Source: a virus | Lineage: Duplodnaviria; Caudoviricetes | DNA: 44,867 nt | Virus record (IMG/VR): IMGVR_UViG_3300046061_000023 | Span: 1 to 44,867 of that record | Strand: one strand, 5' to 3' | Shown here: piece after piece, positions 18,799 to 27,798 of the stretch | Numbering within the stretch: position 1 is the first letter of the stretch | How the letters are laid out: each line of letters opens with the position of its first letter | Notes under the pieces: model-generated | Database searches by the model: none | What the model was told of the DNA's origin: nothing | Seen by the model: only the letters and a program-made list of their open reading frames with translations | Position numbers and translations under genes: made by a program

Positions 18799-19365
18799 CT
18801 ATAGTCCCCCGGTGATGATGACCGCCGTCCTGCCGCCGACGCCCCATTCGCGGGCGATGGTGGTGAACACGCTGCCGTCAGGGAACGCGTCGTGGCCCAG
18901 CGCGATGTTGATGTCGTTCGCGCTGCCGTTTTCCAGCGTGCCATCATCGGTGACGCCCAGGTCGTTCGTGACACCGGCGTCGATCCCTGTGGTGGTCGGG
19001 CCGCCGTAGGCTTCGATGTCGCCACCGTCACCGACTTCGACCAGGTCCCCGGGGGAGGGGTCGTAGCCGTCGTCGGTCGGCATCCAGAGGACGTGAACGC
19101 CCAGGATGACGGTTGCGCGTCCGACGCTGTCGCCAGCGGCGAAGTCAGCTTCGCTGTTGTTGCGGTCGCGGAGGTCCTCCGGCGTGTTCTTCAGAAGGCC
19201 GACGAACGCGGCGTCGGTGCCTTCGACCAGTTCGACCTGCGGGCCGTCGGGGGCTTCCCCGACGACAGCGACGCCCTGGCCTTCGTCGGCGACGTCGCCG
19301 TTGCTGTCGGCCAGCACTTCGACGTCGACGACATGGCCGGGCGTGTAGTGGTACTGGGTCGCCAT
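18799..19365 (-). CDS. Head decoration/cement protein
   Basis: Gly-rich beta protein between scaffold and capsid genes. Confidence 0.65.
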   Translation of the reverse strand: MATQYHYTPGHVVDVEVLADSNGDVADEGQGVAVVGEAPDGPQVELVEGTDAAFVGLLKNTPEDLRDRNNSEADFAAGDSVGRATVILGVHVLWMPTDDGYDPSPGDLVEVGDGGDIEAYGGPTTTGIDAGVTNDLGVTDDGTLENGSANDINIALGHDAFPDGSVFTTIAREWGVGGRTAVIITGGL

Positions 19366-19367
19366 GA

Positions 19368-21695
19368 TCAGTCAGCGCCCCCGGTTGCCGCGTCGACGAC
19401 GTCCGCCCGGAGGGCGTCGACGTCGTCGTACTGGGCGGCGTTGATTTCGTACTGGTCCTCTAGGTACTGGGTGGGGGACTTCCCAGACGCTTCGGCGTGG
19501 ACCCGGTCAGCGCCGTCCATCGCGGACAGCGCCATGTCGTCAGCGTCGTCGTTCGTGTTGCCGGCGGTCGCGGTCGACCGCCCAGTCGTGTCGGTCTGGG
19601 CCGCCGCCGCGCCGCGGGTCTGTTCTTCCTGCTGGACTTGCATCGCCTGGTAGGCGCGTTCGTTCCGCAGGGCGCGAAGGTCCTGGGCCGACTGGCCTTT
19701 CAGGGCTTCCGCCCGGTCGTCGACGTCGTCGTCCGACGTGTCGAACCGGGCCAGGTCGGCTTCCAGGTCCGCGATTTCGCGCCGTAGCGCCGTGGTCTGC
19801 GCGTCGATCACGGCCTGGGCCGCCGCGTCGGGGCTGTCCGTGACGTCGATGTCGTCGATGTCGATGTCGACGTCGTCAGTCCCAGCGGCTTCCAGGACGT
19901 CTTCGAACGCGCCTGCCAGCGCGTCGATGCTGTCCTGTCGATCTTCCACGACGTCAGACGCCGCCTGAAGGGCGGCCTGAACGTCGTCGTAGTCGTCAGG
20001 GTCGAAGTGTCTCATGTCTCGGTTTACGTCCGCCAGCGCCGACGCTGACGCCTGTAGCGCCTGCGCCGCCGCGGTGACGGTCTGCTGGTTCGGCGTCTGG
20101 GCCGCCTGCTGGATGGTCTGAAGTTCGGACTTCAGGTCCGGCAGGGCGTCCATCGACCGTTCGATACCCGCCGCGTCAACCGCGCCGTCGTTCACGGCAT
20201 CGATCCGTCGGATACGTGTGGCGTCCAGGACGACGCGGTCGTCGTCCGTCACGGGGTTGCCGTCGCCGTCCCGCCGGACGCGGACGTCAGCGACGACCGA
20301 CCAGTCCAGGTCATCGAAGTCGCCAGCGGCGGCGGCGTCGGTAGCCTGGGCGTTCGTCAGGTCGCTGTCGGTCAGGACGATATGGGTTTCGTCCGTGGTC
20401 AGCGCGACGCCGGTCGCTGTCCCGATGTCGACGATCCCGGTCTGGGCGGCGACGCTGTCCTGGCCGGGGTGGTCGAACCCCAGCGTGACGTCACCGGCGT
20501 CCACGTCACCCTGTAGGGCTTCGAAGGTCGCCGGGATGGTTTCTGGCGGGACGCGGACCGGTGTTGCCTGGCCGCCCAGCGATAGGTCGTGGTCGCCTGC
20601 GCCCCAGATGACGCCCATCAGGCCGTCACCGCCATCCGTAGTGGTGGCGGCGTTGATGATCGTCGATGGGTCGCGGTCGACGGTGATCGACCCGGTCGCG
20701 CGGGCCATCGCGCCTTCCATGATGCCGTCGTCGGGCGACCAGGACGATAGCGTGTTTTGGCGATGACCGACCATCGTCCCGCTTGCGACCCAGCCGTCGT
20801 CCCGTTCCTGGGCGACTTCGATCAGGTACGCCGGGTTGTCGTCGGTCGCGTCGATCCCGGGGGTGCCGCCGGGCTGGCCGTCGATACGGTCAGCGAAGTT
20901 CCCGGTGCCGTCGTTGCTCCGGTCGCGGATGATGCCGTAGGCCGGGGCGGACCCGTCCTGGGTCGGGTTCGACCAGGTGACGGTGTCGCCAACGTCGAAA
21001 CCGTATTCAGCGGTCGCCCGATGGGCGAACCCATCTTTCGCCGTCTGGTTGTCCCCGCACGGGCCGTACCAGGTGTCGCCGTCCACCGTGACTTCGTGCG
21101 CCCCGGTACAGTCGCCGCTGATGAATTCCGCAGCCTGTTCAGCCGGCGCGCGGGACTGGAACAACGGCATCCCGTCCTGTTCGCGCGACGGTTCGAACCC
21201 GTCGGCCTGGGCCGCGACCGTCGCCAGGTCGCCGTAGGCGTCCGCCGCAGCGTCGAACCCCGGGGCGTCATCTTCGTCGTCGTAGTGGTCGGCATCGATC
21301 AGGGCGTCGACGACGAAGTCGTAGCCGTCCTTCAGCGCGTCGTCGCTAATGCCGTCGACGCCGTTCCTGGCTCCGTTGATCGCCGCCAGACACGCCACTA
21401 AGCCGCTGACGTGCGCGGGGCCGTCCGGCGACTGCCGGAACGGACATTTCCAGCGGCCCTTCGCGTTCCTGGCGTCGTCACCCTCCGGGACGAAGACGAA
21501 GCCGTCGTCCAGCGTGGACAGGTCGGCATCTTCGTCAGACGGGTTCGGCATGGACTGCCGGGCCTGGGAACCGTCCCAGTCCCCGTCGGTGAATTCCAGG
21601 TCGGAAGGGTCCGCTGACGTGACGCGGTACGAAACGTCAGACTGGGCCATCAGCAGGAACGCCCGCATCAACCCCAGTTCAGTGTCGACGTCCAT
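19368..21695 (-). CDS. Multidomain prohead protease/scaffold protein
   Basis: N-terminal WDG...KCPF domain; Tudor-like FDVGDTVTWS domain; GFDHP...WSV...IDAV protease-like core; C-terminal coiled scaffold. Confidence 0.65.
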   Translation of the reverse strand: MDVDTELGLMRAFLLMAQSDVSYRVTSADPSDLEFTDGDWDGSQARQSMPNPSDEDADLSTLDDGFVFVPEGDDARNAKGRWKCPFRQSPDGPAHVSGLVACLAAINGARNGVDGISDDALKDGYDFVVDALIDADHYDDEDDAPGFDAAADAYGDLATVAAQADGFEPSREQDGMPLFQSRAPAEQAAEFISGDCTGAHEVTVDGDTWYGPCGDNQTAKDGFAHRATAEYGFDVGDTVTWSNPTQDGSAPAYGIIRDRSNDGTGNFADRIDGQPGGTPGIDATDDNPAYLIEVAQERDDGWVASGTMVGHRQNTLSSWSPDDGIMEGAMARATGSITVDRDPSTIINAATTTDGGDGLMGVIWGAGDHDLSLGGQATPVRVPPETIPATFEALQGDVDAGDVTLGFDHPGQDSVAAQTGIVDIGTATGVALTTDETHIVLTDSDLTNAQATDAAAAGDFDDLDWSVVADVRVRRDGDGNPVTDDDRVVLDATRIRRIDAVNDGAVDAAGIERSMDALPDLKSELQTIQQAAQTPNQQTVTAAAQALQASASALADVNRDMRHFDPDDYDDVQAALQAASDVVEDRQDSIDALAGAFEDVLEAAGTDDVDIDIDDIDVTDSPDAAAQAVIDAQTTALRREIADLEADLARFDTSDDDVDDRAEALKGQSAQDLRALRNERAYQAMQVQQEEQTRGAAAAQTDTTGRSTATAGNTNDDADDMALSAMDGADRVHAEASGKSPTQYLEDQYEINAAQYDDVDALRADVVDAATGGAD

Positions 21696-21725
21696 GCCTA
21701 CACGTGGTAGGCAGACCCTTCGCTC

Positions 21726-21751
21726 CCTTAAGTCGGCGTGACGCCGTGGCC
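21726..21751 (-). promoter_or_regulatory. Late promoter motif, copy 4
   Basis: CCTTAAG...GTGACGCCGTGGCC upstream of the capsid operon. Confidence 0.75.
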
Positions 21752-21771
21752 GACGATGCCAGGGTCAGCCG

Positions 21772-22512
21772 CTACGATACGGGGTTGTCGCCCTGCACCC
21801 TGACGTCGACGCCCGCATCCGACAGCGTGTCCCGAACGCGACGGACGCCCTTCGCCTTCTTCTGGGTCGTTGCGCGGTAGTGCGCCAGCGCCGTCACCGG
21901 GTTCAAGCTATTTGGTTCGTCGTGGGCGTACACCCAGACCGTGTCGTCCAGGTCGGGGTCGGCGTAGAACGTGATGTGGACCTGTCGAAGCGCCAGGATG
22001 TCGCCCAGCCCCTGGATGAACCGGCCCAGCATCCCCACAGTCAGGCCCGGCCCCGGGATGCTTCTGGCTGCCGCCCACCCGCGGAGGCCGTCGCCGATCC
22101 AGCGCGGCCCGGCGTACCGCTTCGCCCAGGACCCGTTTTCCGTCCAGCCCTGCCGGTTCGTCTTCACGGACGCCATCGGGTTCCGGGTGTAGTTCAACGC
22201 CATCAGCGTGCGTTCGAATTCTTCTTCGCCCTGCTGGACGATGCCGACCAGTTCGTTCTGCGTCGATCTTCCTTCGGCGTAGAACCCGGGGAACGTGGCC
22301 GCCAGTCGGTCCAGCATCGGCAGGACGGTCCCGCGGATTTGTTCCCAGAAGTCGTCGTCCGCGCCCAGCGCCCGTTTCCCCAGGACGCCGTAGAGGAACC
22401 ACGATCCGATGAACGCCGCGACTGCCGCGGCTGCCTCCGGGTGGTCTGCGATCAGTTCCAGTAGCGGGTCGGTGACGCGGGTGATCTGCGCCGGGAATGG
22501 TGTCGGTGTCAT
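21772..22512 (-). CDS. Hypothetical membrane-anchored protein
   Basis: N-terminal TM segment AAAVAAFIGSWFLYGVLG; ATGA coupling to the upstream gene. Confidence 0.65.
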   Translation of the reverse strand: MTPTPFPAQITRVTDPLLELIADHPEAAAAVAAFIGSWFLYGVLGKRALGADDDFWEQIRGTVLPMLDRLAATFPGFYAEGRSTQNELVGIVQQGEEEFERTLMALNYTRNPMASVKTNRQGWTENGSWAKRYAGPRWIGDGLRGWAAARSIPGPGLTVGMLGRFIQGLGDILALRQVHITFYADPDLDDTVWVYAHDEPNSLNPVTALAHYRATTQKKAKGVRRVRDTLSDAGVDVRVQGDNPVS

Positions 22513-22991
22513 GTGTCGGTGTCGGTGGTGGGTGCATCAGCGCGGTCGTGTTCGTCCAGGACGTCGGACAGGTTCGGGACGTCGTCCGCGTCTACGTCCG
22601 GGAGTTTGAACGCCGCGCTTTCCAGGATGCGCTGGATGTTTCTAACGCTATTCCGCCGGTGCGACGGGTCGCCGCCAGTGAGGCCGCCGTCCCCTGTCGA
22701 CGACTGAATGGCGTAATGGATGTCGGTCATGCTGAACTGTGCGTGCCGGAACCAGTACCAACACACCGATTCTTCGAAGGACAACCCCTGTTCCAGCAGG
22801 CCGGCCAGCGTCGTCGCCTTCGTGTCCACGACGTATTTCGACTTCAGGACATCAGACAAAGACAGTTCGTCGACGTCATCCACATGGTCCGGCGGGTCGC
22901 GGGCGATACGGCGGCTGATGTCGTTCAGCAGTTCCCGCGCTTCTTTATCCACGTAGGCCCTGCGCCCCCAGGCCGTCCCCTTTCGAACCAT
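22509..22991 (-). CDS. Putative HTH (sigma region 4-like) transcriptional regulator
   Basis: GLSFEE...FSMTDI...VRNIQRILESAAFKL; own TTTAAG box about 27 nt upstream. Confidence 0.45.
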   Translation of the reverse strand: MVRKGTAWGRRAYVDKEARELLNDISRRIARDPPDHVDDVDELSLSDVLKSKYVVDTKATTLAGLLEQGLSFEESVCWYWFRHAQFSMTDIHYAIQSSTGDGGLTGGDPSHRRNSVRNIQRILESAAFKLPDVDADDVPNLSDVLDEHDRADAPTTDTDT

Positions 22992-23051
22992 GTACCATAT
23001 ACTCCCCGGCGGGACACTTAAACACCCGTCCAGCCCGGTCCCCGGCCCCGT

Positions 23052-24158
23052 CTATGCTCCGGGGGCGGTGCGTCCGTGCTGGATCGACAGCGGCGACGGT
23101 TGGAATTCCGCCTGATCGACCACCTGCGGCCTGTAGCTTTTAGTCTGGAATATCGTTTGAAGATACCCATTGGCGACGTCGTCCTGCGTCAGCGGCACCC
23201 GGTCGCCGATCTTCAACACGGGCCGGATACCCGACCGGCAGTAGGGATGCAGCGGCGGGATGAACCACGGTGTGTCGACCATGTCGACGACGTGTTCGTC
23301 CATCCGCCGGCAGATGTCGGTCGTCTTCGTGTCGATAGTCGCGTCATAGACGCCGTACCGGAAGCCGTTCCGAAGGTAGCGTTTCCGTGCCGCGGTATTA
23401 TAGGCGTCCTGGACGCTGTCGTGCGCGATCAGTTCAGCTTTCGTCCGGGCGGTCTGTCCCGTGACGCCGCGTTCCTTCCGCTGGCTGGGGTCGCCGCCGT
23501 CGACCACGACCTGGACGCGTTCCGCCAGTTGCGGGACGGTTTCGTTCTGCGTCAGCCCCAGGCGTAACTGTCGCGTGATGCGGTCGCCCAGTTCTTCGGC
23601 CAGACTGTCGCTGGTCGCGCCGGCGTCGGCTGCGGTCCTGGTCCCGGATAGCAGGCCGGCGTCGACCTTCCGTATATGCCGAAGCCACTCCCGGTCAGTC
23701 CCGTCAACCCGCGGTAGCCCCCGGAGTTGATCAGTGTCGACGTCGTCCGGCAGCGTCGTCTGCATCTGGTCGAACGCCGCCCTGGCCGCCCGCCCAGCGG
23801 CGATGCGATGCCGTTCATCCAGCCACGAAACCAGTTCCTCCCGCAACCGCTGGGCCGCCAGCATCGTAACCGCCTGGTTGACCCGCCGCGGCCCTTCCGG
23901 CCCACCCATGATCGTCTGCACGTCGTTCTCCCGCAGCCACGCCTGGATTTCCTGCATGATCGACCGCATCGACGCCCGCGCCCGCTGCCGCGCCCGCCGA
24001 AGGTCAGTGACGGTCGACGTCGCCGCATCACGCCCACCACCGTTATCGTCGTCGTCCTGGGCGTGAACCCGGTCGTGGTGGTGGTGGTGGCGGCAGGCCA
24101 GTCCGGCTTCGATCAGGGCGTCGGACGGCATCGACGGGTCGGGACGGGTCTGTGCCAC
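23052..24158 (-). CDS. MuF / SPP1 gp7-like head morphogenesis protein
   Basis: AELIAHD...YN...YDATIDTKTTDIC...PPLHPYCRS signature. Confidence 0.9.
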   Translation of the reverse strand: MAQTRPDPSMPSDALIEAGLACRHHHHHDRVHAQDDDDNGGGRDAATSTVTDLRRARQRARASMRSIMQEIQAWLRENDVQTIMGGPEGPRRVNQAVTMLAAQRLREELVSWLDERHRIAAGRAARAAFDQMQTTLPDDVDTDQLRGLPRVDGTDREWLRHIRKVDAGLLSGTRTAADAGATSDSLAEELGDRITRQLRLGLTQNETVPQLAERVQVVVDGGDPSQRKERGVTGQTARTKAELIAHDSVQDAYNTAARKRYLRNGFRYGVYDATIDTKTTDICRRMDEHVVDMVDTPWFIPPLHPYCRSGIRPVLKIGDRVPLTQDDVANGYLQTIFQTKSYRPQVVDQAEFQPSPLSIQHGRTAPGA

Positions 24159-24162
24159 CTGT

Positions 24163-27027
24163 TTACCCGCCCTTTCGCCAGCCTTCCCACTCCAAAATCC
24201 TATCTTTCATGCTTGCGCAGAAACGGGCCGGTGACGCGACGTCGCCCGCCATCTTCCGACGACATGACGTGAATCGTCCACCCAGGCCCGCCCAGGCTTT
24301 TAGCAGGATGATCCGGTTCGGCGTCGGGCTTTCGTCCCAACTGTCCGGGTAGTCGAACCGCCGACCGTCGTCCGGGTTCGCAGCGTCCACGCCACCCGCT
24401 TCGGCGTCATCGCCCAGGTCGCCAGCGGGGTCAGACACCCCGTCAACGTTGATCGTCCCTGTGGATAGGTCGTCGGCCCGGTACACTTCCGCTCCGGACT
24501 CTACGGCGACGACGTAGGCCGGGCTGTTGTCGCTGGGTTCGACGTCACTCCCGCCTGGTCCTTCGAAGGCTTCGGTCCTGATTTCGACAACGACCCCCGG
24601 CCCCTGCGGCGTATCGACTTCATCGCCTTCGCTGTACCGCGTCGCCGCTGCTGCCGGCACCGGCGGGGCGTTCCCCGAACACCCCATCAGTAGCGCCTGC
24701 ACGCGGTCGACCCAGTCCCGCCACCCGTCGCTGGCGTCACCATCGGTCAATGCAACCGCCTTCCTGAACGCAAAGCGTGCGCCGGCGACCCCGCCCCAGC
24801 CCTTCCCCGCGGTGTAACTGTTCTCCCGCCAGGGGGCGTCTGCGCTGGCGTGCTGTAGCGTCGTCCGGTCGCCCGATACGTCGATGATGTTGTCGAAGTG
24901 CCGGGACCACCAGTTCGCCATCGCGTCCGACGACCCCACGACATCACCCGGCGACAGGGTGCGGCCAGCAGCCAGCGTCTCCGCCCTGGACCACCCGCGG
25001 TCGGTCATCCCGTTCACGGTGACGTCCGGGTCGTCGCGCGCGTCCAGCGCCATCTGGGCGGCGTTCTGAACGGCATCAGGGATGGACAGGTCGACATCGG
25101 CAGCCTGGCCTGTCGCGTCCGCCAGGTCGCCGTCGAAGCTGTCAGCATCGACATCGTCAGCACACGCCGGGCACTTGAACCGGCCAACGATACGCCGCCG
25201 GTCCCCGCAGGACCGACACGTAGCTGGGAAGTCACCCGCGGCATCGTCTGACAGCGCCGTCGCCGGCGGACGCGACCCATCCTGACCCGCCGGTTCACCC
25301 CCATCGTCGCCCCGATCACCCTGGTCCTGGGGTTGTCGTCCGCGGTCATTCTGTTCGTTCAGGAAGTCCTGCATCCGCTGGCTGCGGTCCCCGGCGTCGT
25401 CCGGGCCGCCAGACGGCGGTTGCGGCCCGGGGTCGGTGACGTTCAGGTCGATGCCTTCGATGTTGTTCAGCATCTGCCGGACTTCCTTCTCCGTCAACCC
25501 AGCGATACCGGCGTACTGAAGCGCCTGCACGACCAGTTCTTCATCCTGATCCTGAATCGGTGGGAACGTGTGTTCGACCGACCCGTCCAGCCCGTGGATG
25601 TCCGTCTGAACGCGCGCGAACTGATCGAACACCCGGATGATTTCCTGCCGCCACCCCGCGATGGTCGTCATCAGCGTCCTGAACAGGGTTTCACGGGACA
25701 GTTCCGCGCCGTCACGCAGTTCAATCAGGTCCAGCGGGACCAGCATCCGCCGCGCGATACTCCGGTTGTAGCCCCTGATCTGTTTATCCAGCGGTTCGTT
25801 GTTCTCCGGGATTTCGATCTGTTCGAACGACCAATAGTCCGGGATGGCCGCCGTCGTCCCGGACTGCCAATCCTTCAGGTGATCGAACGCGCTTTCCATG
25901 TTCTCCCGCAGGGCGCGTTCCAGCTTCGTCGGCGGCGTCCCACCGGTATCGTAGTCATCATCCTGCACGCGGTCGAAATACTGGCCTTCCGGCAGATACG
26001 ACGGCGGTTCGACCGTCGCGTAGACAGCGCCGAACGACGTCAGTTCCGCCTTCCGCGCCTTCAACCGCTGCATCACCATCTTATTGATCGTCGTGTCGAC
26101 GACAGCCTTCAACGGCGGCGTGTCGTACAGTGAGATGTCGAAGACCTGTTCCCCGATGACCAGCGGTTGACCGTCGACGCGTCGGCGTTCGATGGTGATG
26201 TCGCCCGGGTCGTCGCGGGTTCCTTCCTCAACGTCGAATTCGTAGACGGTCGTCGGGTCCTGCATATAGATTTCCTCACCCGTGATCCCGTCTTTCAGGT
26301 AATCAAGGGTTCGAAGGTCCAGTTCTTCCAGGTCGGTCGCCCGCAGCACCGTCCTGGCGTGCGTCAGGTTCTCCCGCAGTATCACGTCGATCACGTCCGT
26401 CGGATGGATTTCACCGTCGTACAGGTCCCGGAGGTGATCGGCCAGTCGCTGGTCGGCGTCGCGTTCGGGGTCTGACGGTTCGACCGCCATCCCTTCCGAC
26501 CCGACGATCAACGCCTTGATCCGCTCTTTCACCCCCGGGATCAGGTCGTCTTTCGCCAGCAGATAGCGTCCAACGCGGTGGGTGTAGTCGACGCTGTTCT
26601 GCTGAAGTTTCCTGATCTGGGGGTCCTGGATGAAGTCGAAGTCGCTGACGTCCTGCGCCGTCGCCAACAGGGCGTCCCGTCGGTCCTGGACGGGGATGGT
26701 CGCGCTGTCGTCCTGGGCGTGGACGCGGCCCGACCGCGGCGTCAGGTCGTAATCGAAGTCATCCGGGACGTCGCCCGCGATCTGGGTGTCGTCAGGTGCA
26801 GCGGCGTCGCGGATACGGTCCAGGTCAACATCGTCGGCATCGCGGGCCGCCTCAACGATACTGTCGTCCAGCGCCACCGGGATGTCCCTGCCACCTACCG
26901 TCACTGTGCCGGCGACCGCATCAGGGCCGACCCTGTCAGCGACCGTGGCTTCAGACGCAGCCGGAACGCCGCCAGCCGCCTCCGCCGCGCCAGGTCCGGG
27001 GTCGCCGTCCGGGTCGTCTGCATCCAT
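24163..27027 (-). CDS. Portal protein with long C-terminal accessory domains
   Basis: 954 aa between terL and MuF; helical core followed by CxxC...CxxC, a WGG domain and a Tudor-like domain. Confidence 0.7.
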   Translation of the reverse strand: MDADDPDGDPGPGAAEAAGGVPAASEATVADRVGPDAVAGTVTVGGRDIPVALDDSIVEAARDADDVDLDRIRDAAAPDDTQIAGDVPDDFDYDLTPRSGRVHAQDDSATIPVQDRRDALLATAQDVSDFDFIQDPQIRKLQQNSVDYTHRVGRYLLAKDDLIPGVKERIKALIVGSEGMAVEPSDPERDADQRLADHLRDLYDGEIHPTDVIDVILRENLTHARTVLRATDLEELDLRTLDYLKDGITGEEIYMQDPTTVYEFDVEEGTRDDPGDITIERRRVDGQPLVIGEQVFDISLYDTPPLKAVVDTTINKMVMQRLKARKAELTSFGAVYATVEPPSYLPEGQYFDRVQDDDYDTGGTPPTKLERALRENMESAFDHLKDWQSGTTAAIPDYWSFEQIEIPENNEPLDKQIRGYNRSIARRMLVPLDLIELRDGAELSRETLFRTLMTTIAGWRQEIIRVFDQFARVQTDIHGLDGSVEHTFPPIQDQDEELVVQALQYAGIAGLTEKEVRQMLNNIEGIDLNVTDPGPQPPSGGPDDAGDRSQRMQDFLNEQNDRGRQPQDQGDRGDDGGEPAGQDGSRPPATALSDDAAGDFPATCRSCGDRRRIVGRFKCPACADDVDADSFDGDLADATGQAADVDLSIPDAVQNAAQMALDARDDPDVTVNGMTDRGWSRAETLAAGRTLSPGDVVGSSDAMANWWSRHFDNIIDVSGDRTTLQHASADAPWRENSYTAGKGWGGVAGARFAFRKAVALTDGDASDGWRDWVDRVQALLMGCSGNAPPVPAAAATRYSEGDEVDTPQGPGVVVEIRTEAFEGPGGSDVEPSDNSPAYVVAVESGAEVYRADDLSTGTINVDGVSDPAGDLGDDAEAGGVDAANPDDGRRFDYPDSWDESPTPNRIILLKAWAGLGGRFTSCRRKMAGDVASPARFCASMKDRILEWEGWRKGG

Positions 27028-27051
27028 GCCTGAATGGAAGCCCAGCGTCGT

Positions 27052-27075
27052 CCTTAAGTCGCCGTGACGCCGTGG
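27052..27075 (-). promoter_or_regulatory. Late promoter motif, copy 5
   Basis: CCTTAAG...GTGACGCCGTGG, 27 nt from the portal ATG. Confidence 0.75.
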
Positions 27076-27108
27076 ACCCCGGGCCGACCGAACCTGATGT
27101 CGGCGGCG

Positions 27109-27459
27109 TTAGGCGGTCGACCGGATGAATTCGATCCACGTTCCCAGCACGGTGTATTCATCGCCGCTGTCGGTTGTCACGGTCGCTTCCAGCCAGTAGG
27201 TCCCGATCAGGCCGCTGGTATCGCTGGGTTCCAGATGGACGTCGAAGTCACCCGCTGACCGATTCGTCCACGTGATGCCGCCGCCACCCGTTGTTTTCGT
27301 GACCCGGACGGTGCCGCCGCGGTCGTCCGCGATCACAGCCGTTACGTCGCCGCCCGATAGGTCGATGTCGTCCCCGTCGGTGTCTGTGCCGTCAACCGCG
27401 ATGGTCGGGCTGTCGCCTTCGACCAGCGCGTTCACCCCGGTCAGTTTTTCGTAGTTCAT
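27109..27459 (-). CDS. BppU-like Ig-fold virion protein
   Basis: GDS...IDLSG...VHLEPSDT..L.GTYWLEATVT pattern. Confidence 0.6.
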   Translation of the reverse strand: MNYEKLTGVNALVEGDSPTIAVDGTDTDGDDIDLSGGDVTAVIADDRGGTVRVTKTTGGGGITWTNRSAGDFDVHLEPSDTSGLIGTYWLEATVTTDSGDEYTVLGTWIEFIRSTA

Positions 27460-27737
27460 CGCCGGACCCCACCGGTTAGTTCAATGCGGATGCGGGCGCG
27501 TCCCGTCGCGTCGACCCGTCGCGTCACGTCAGACGGGTCGCCCAGCGTCGCGCCTGACGGCGATTCGACGTCGCGGAGCGTCACGTAATACCCGCCCAGA
27601 CGGAACCCGGTCGGGCCGCCCAGGGTGCCGCCGCCCAGCGCCGCCGCGCCCTGCGTTCTGACGACATCCAGGTCCTGGTAGGCCCCACCCAGCGTGAAGC
27701 CCGCTGGGCCGCCCAGCGTGCCGCCCTCATCAGTCAT
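27456..27737 (-). CDS. Small Gly-rich protein with internal duplication
   Basis: GGTLGGPAGFTLGG / GGTLGGPTGFRLGG repeat; ATGA overlap with the next gene. Confidence 0.65.
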   Translation of the reverse strand: MTDEGGTLGGPAGFTLGGAYQDLDVVRTQGAAALGGGTLGGPTGFRLGGYYVTLRDVESPSGATLGDPSDVTRRVDATGRARIRIELTGGVRR

Positions 27738-27761
27738 ACGTGGATGTCACCTGGGCCAGTG

Positions 27762-27787
27762 CCTAAAGCGGGCGTGACGCCGTGGCC
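27762..27787 (-). promoter_or_regulatory. Late promoter motif, copy 6
   Basis: CCTAAAG...GTGACGCCGTGGCC, 27 nt from ATG 27737. Confidence 0.7.
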
Positions 27788-27798
27788 GGGGAGTGAGG

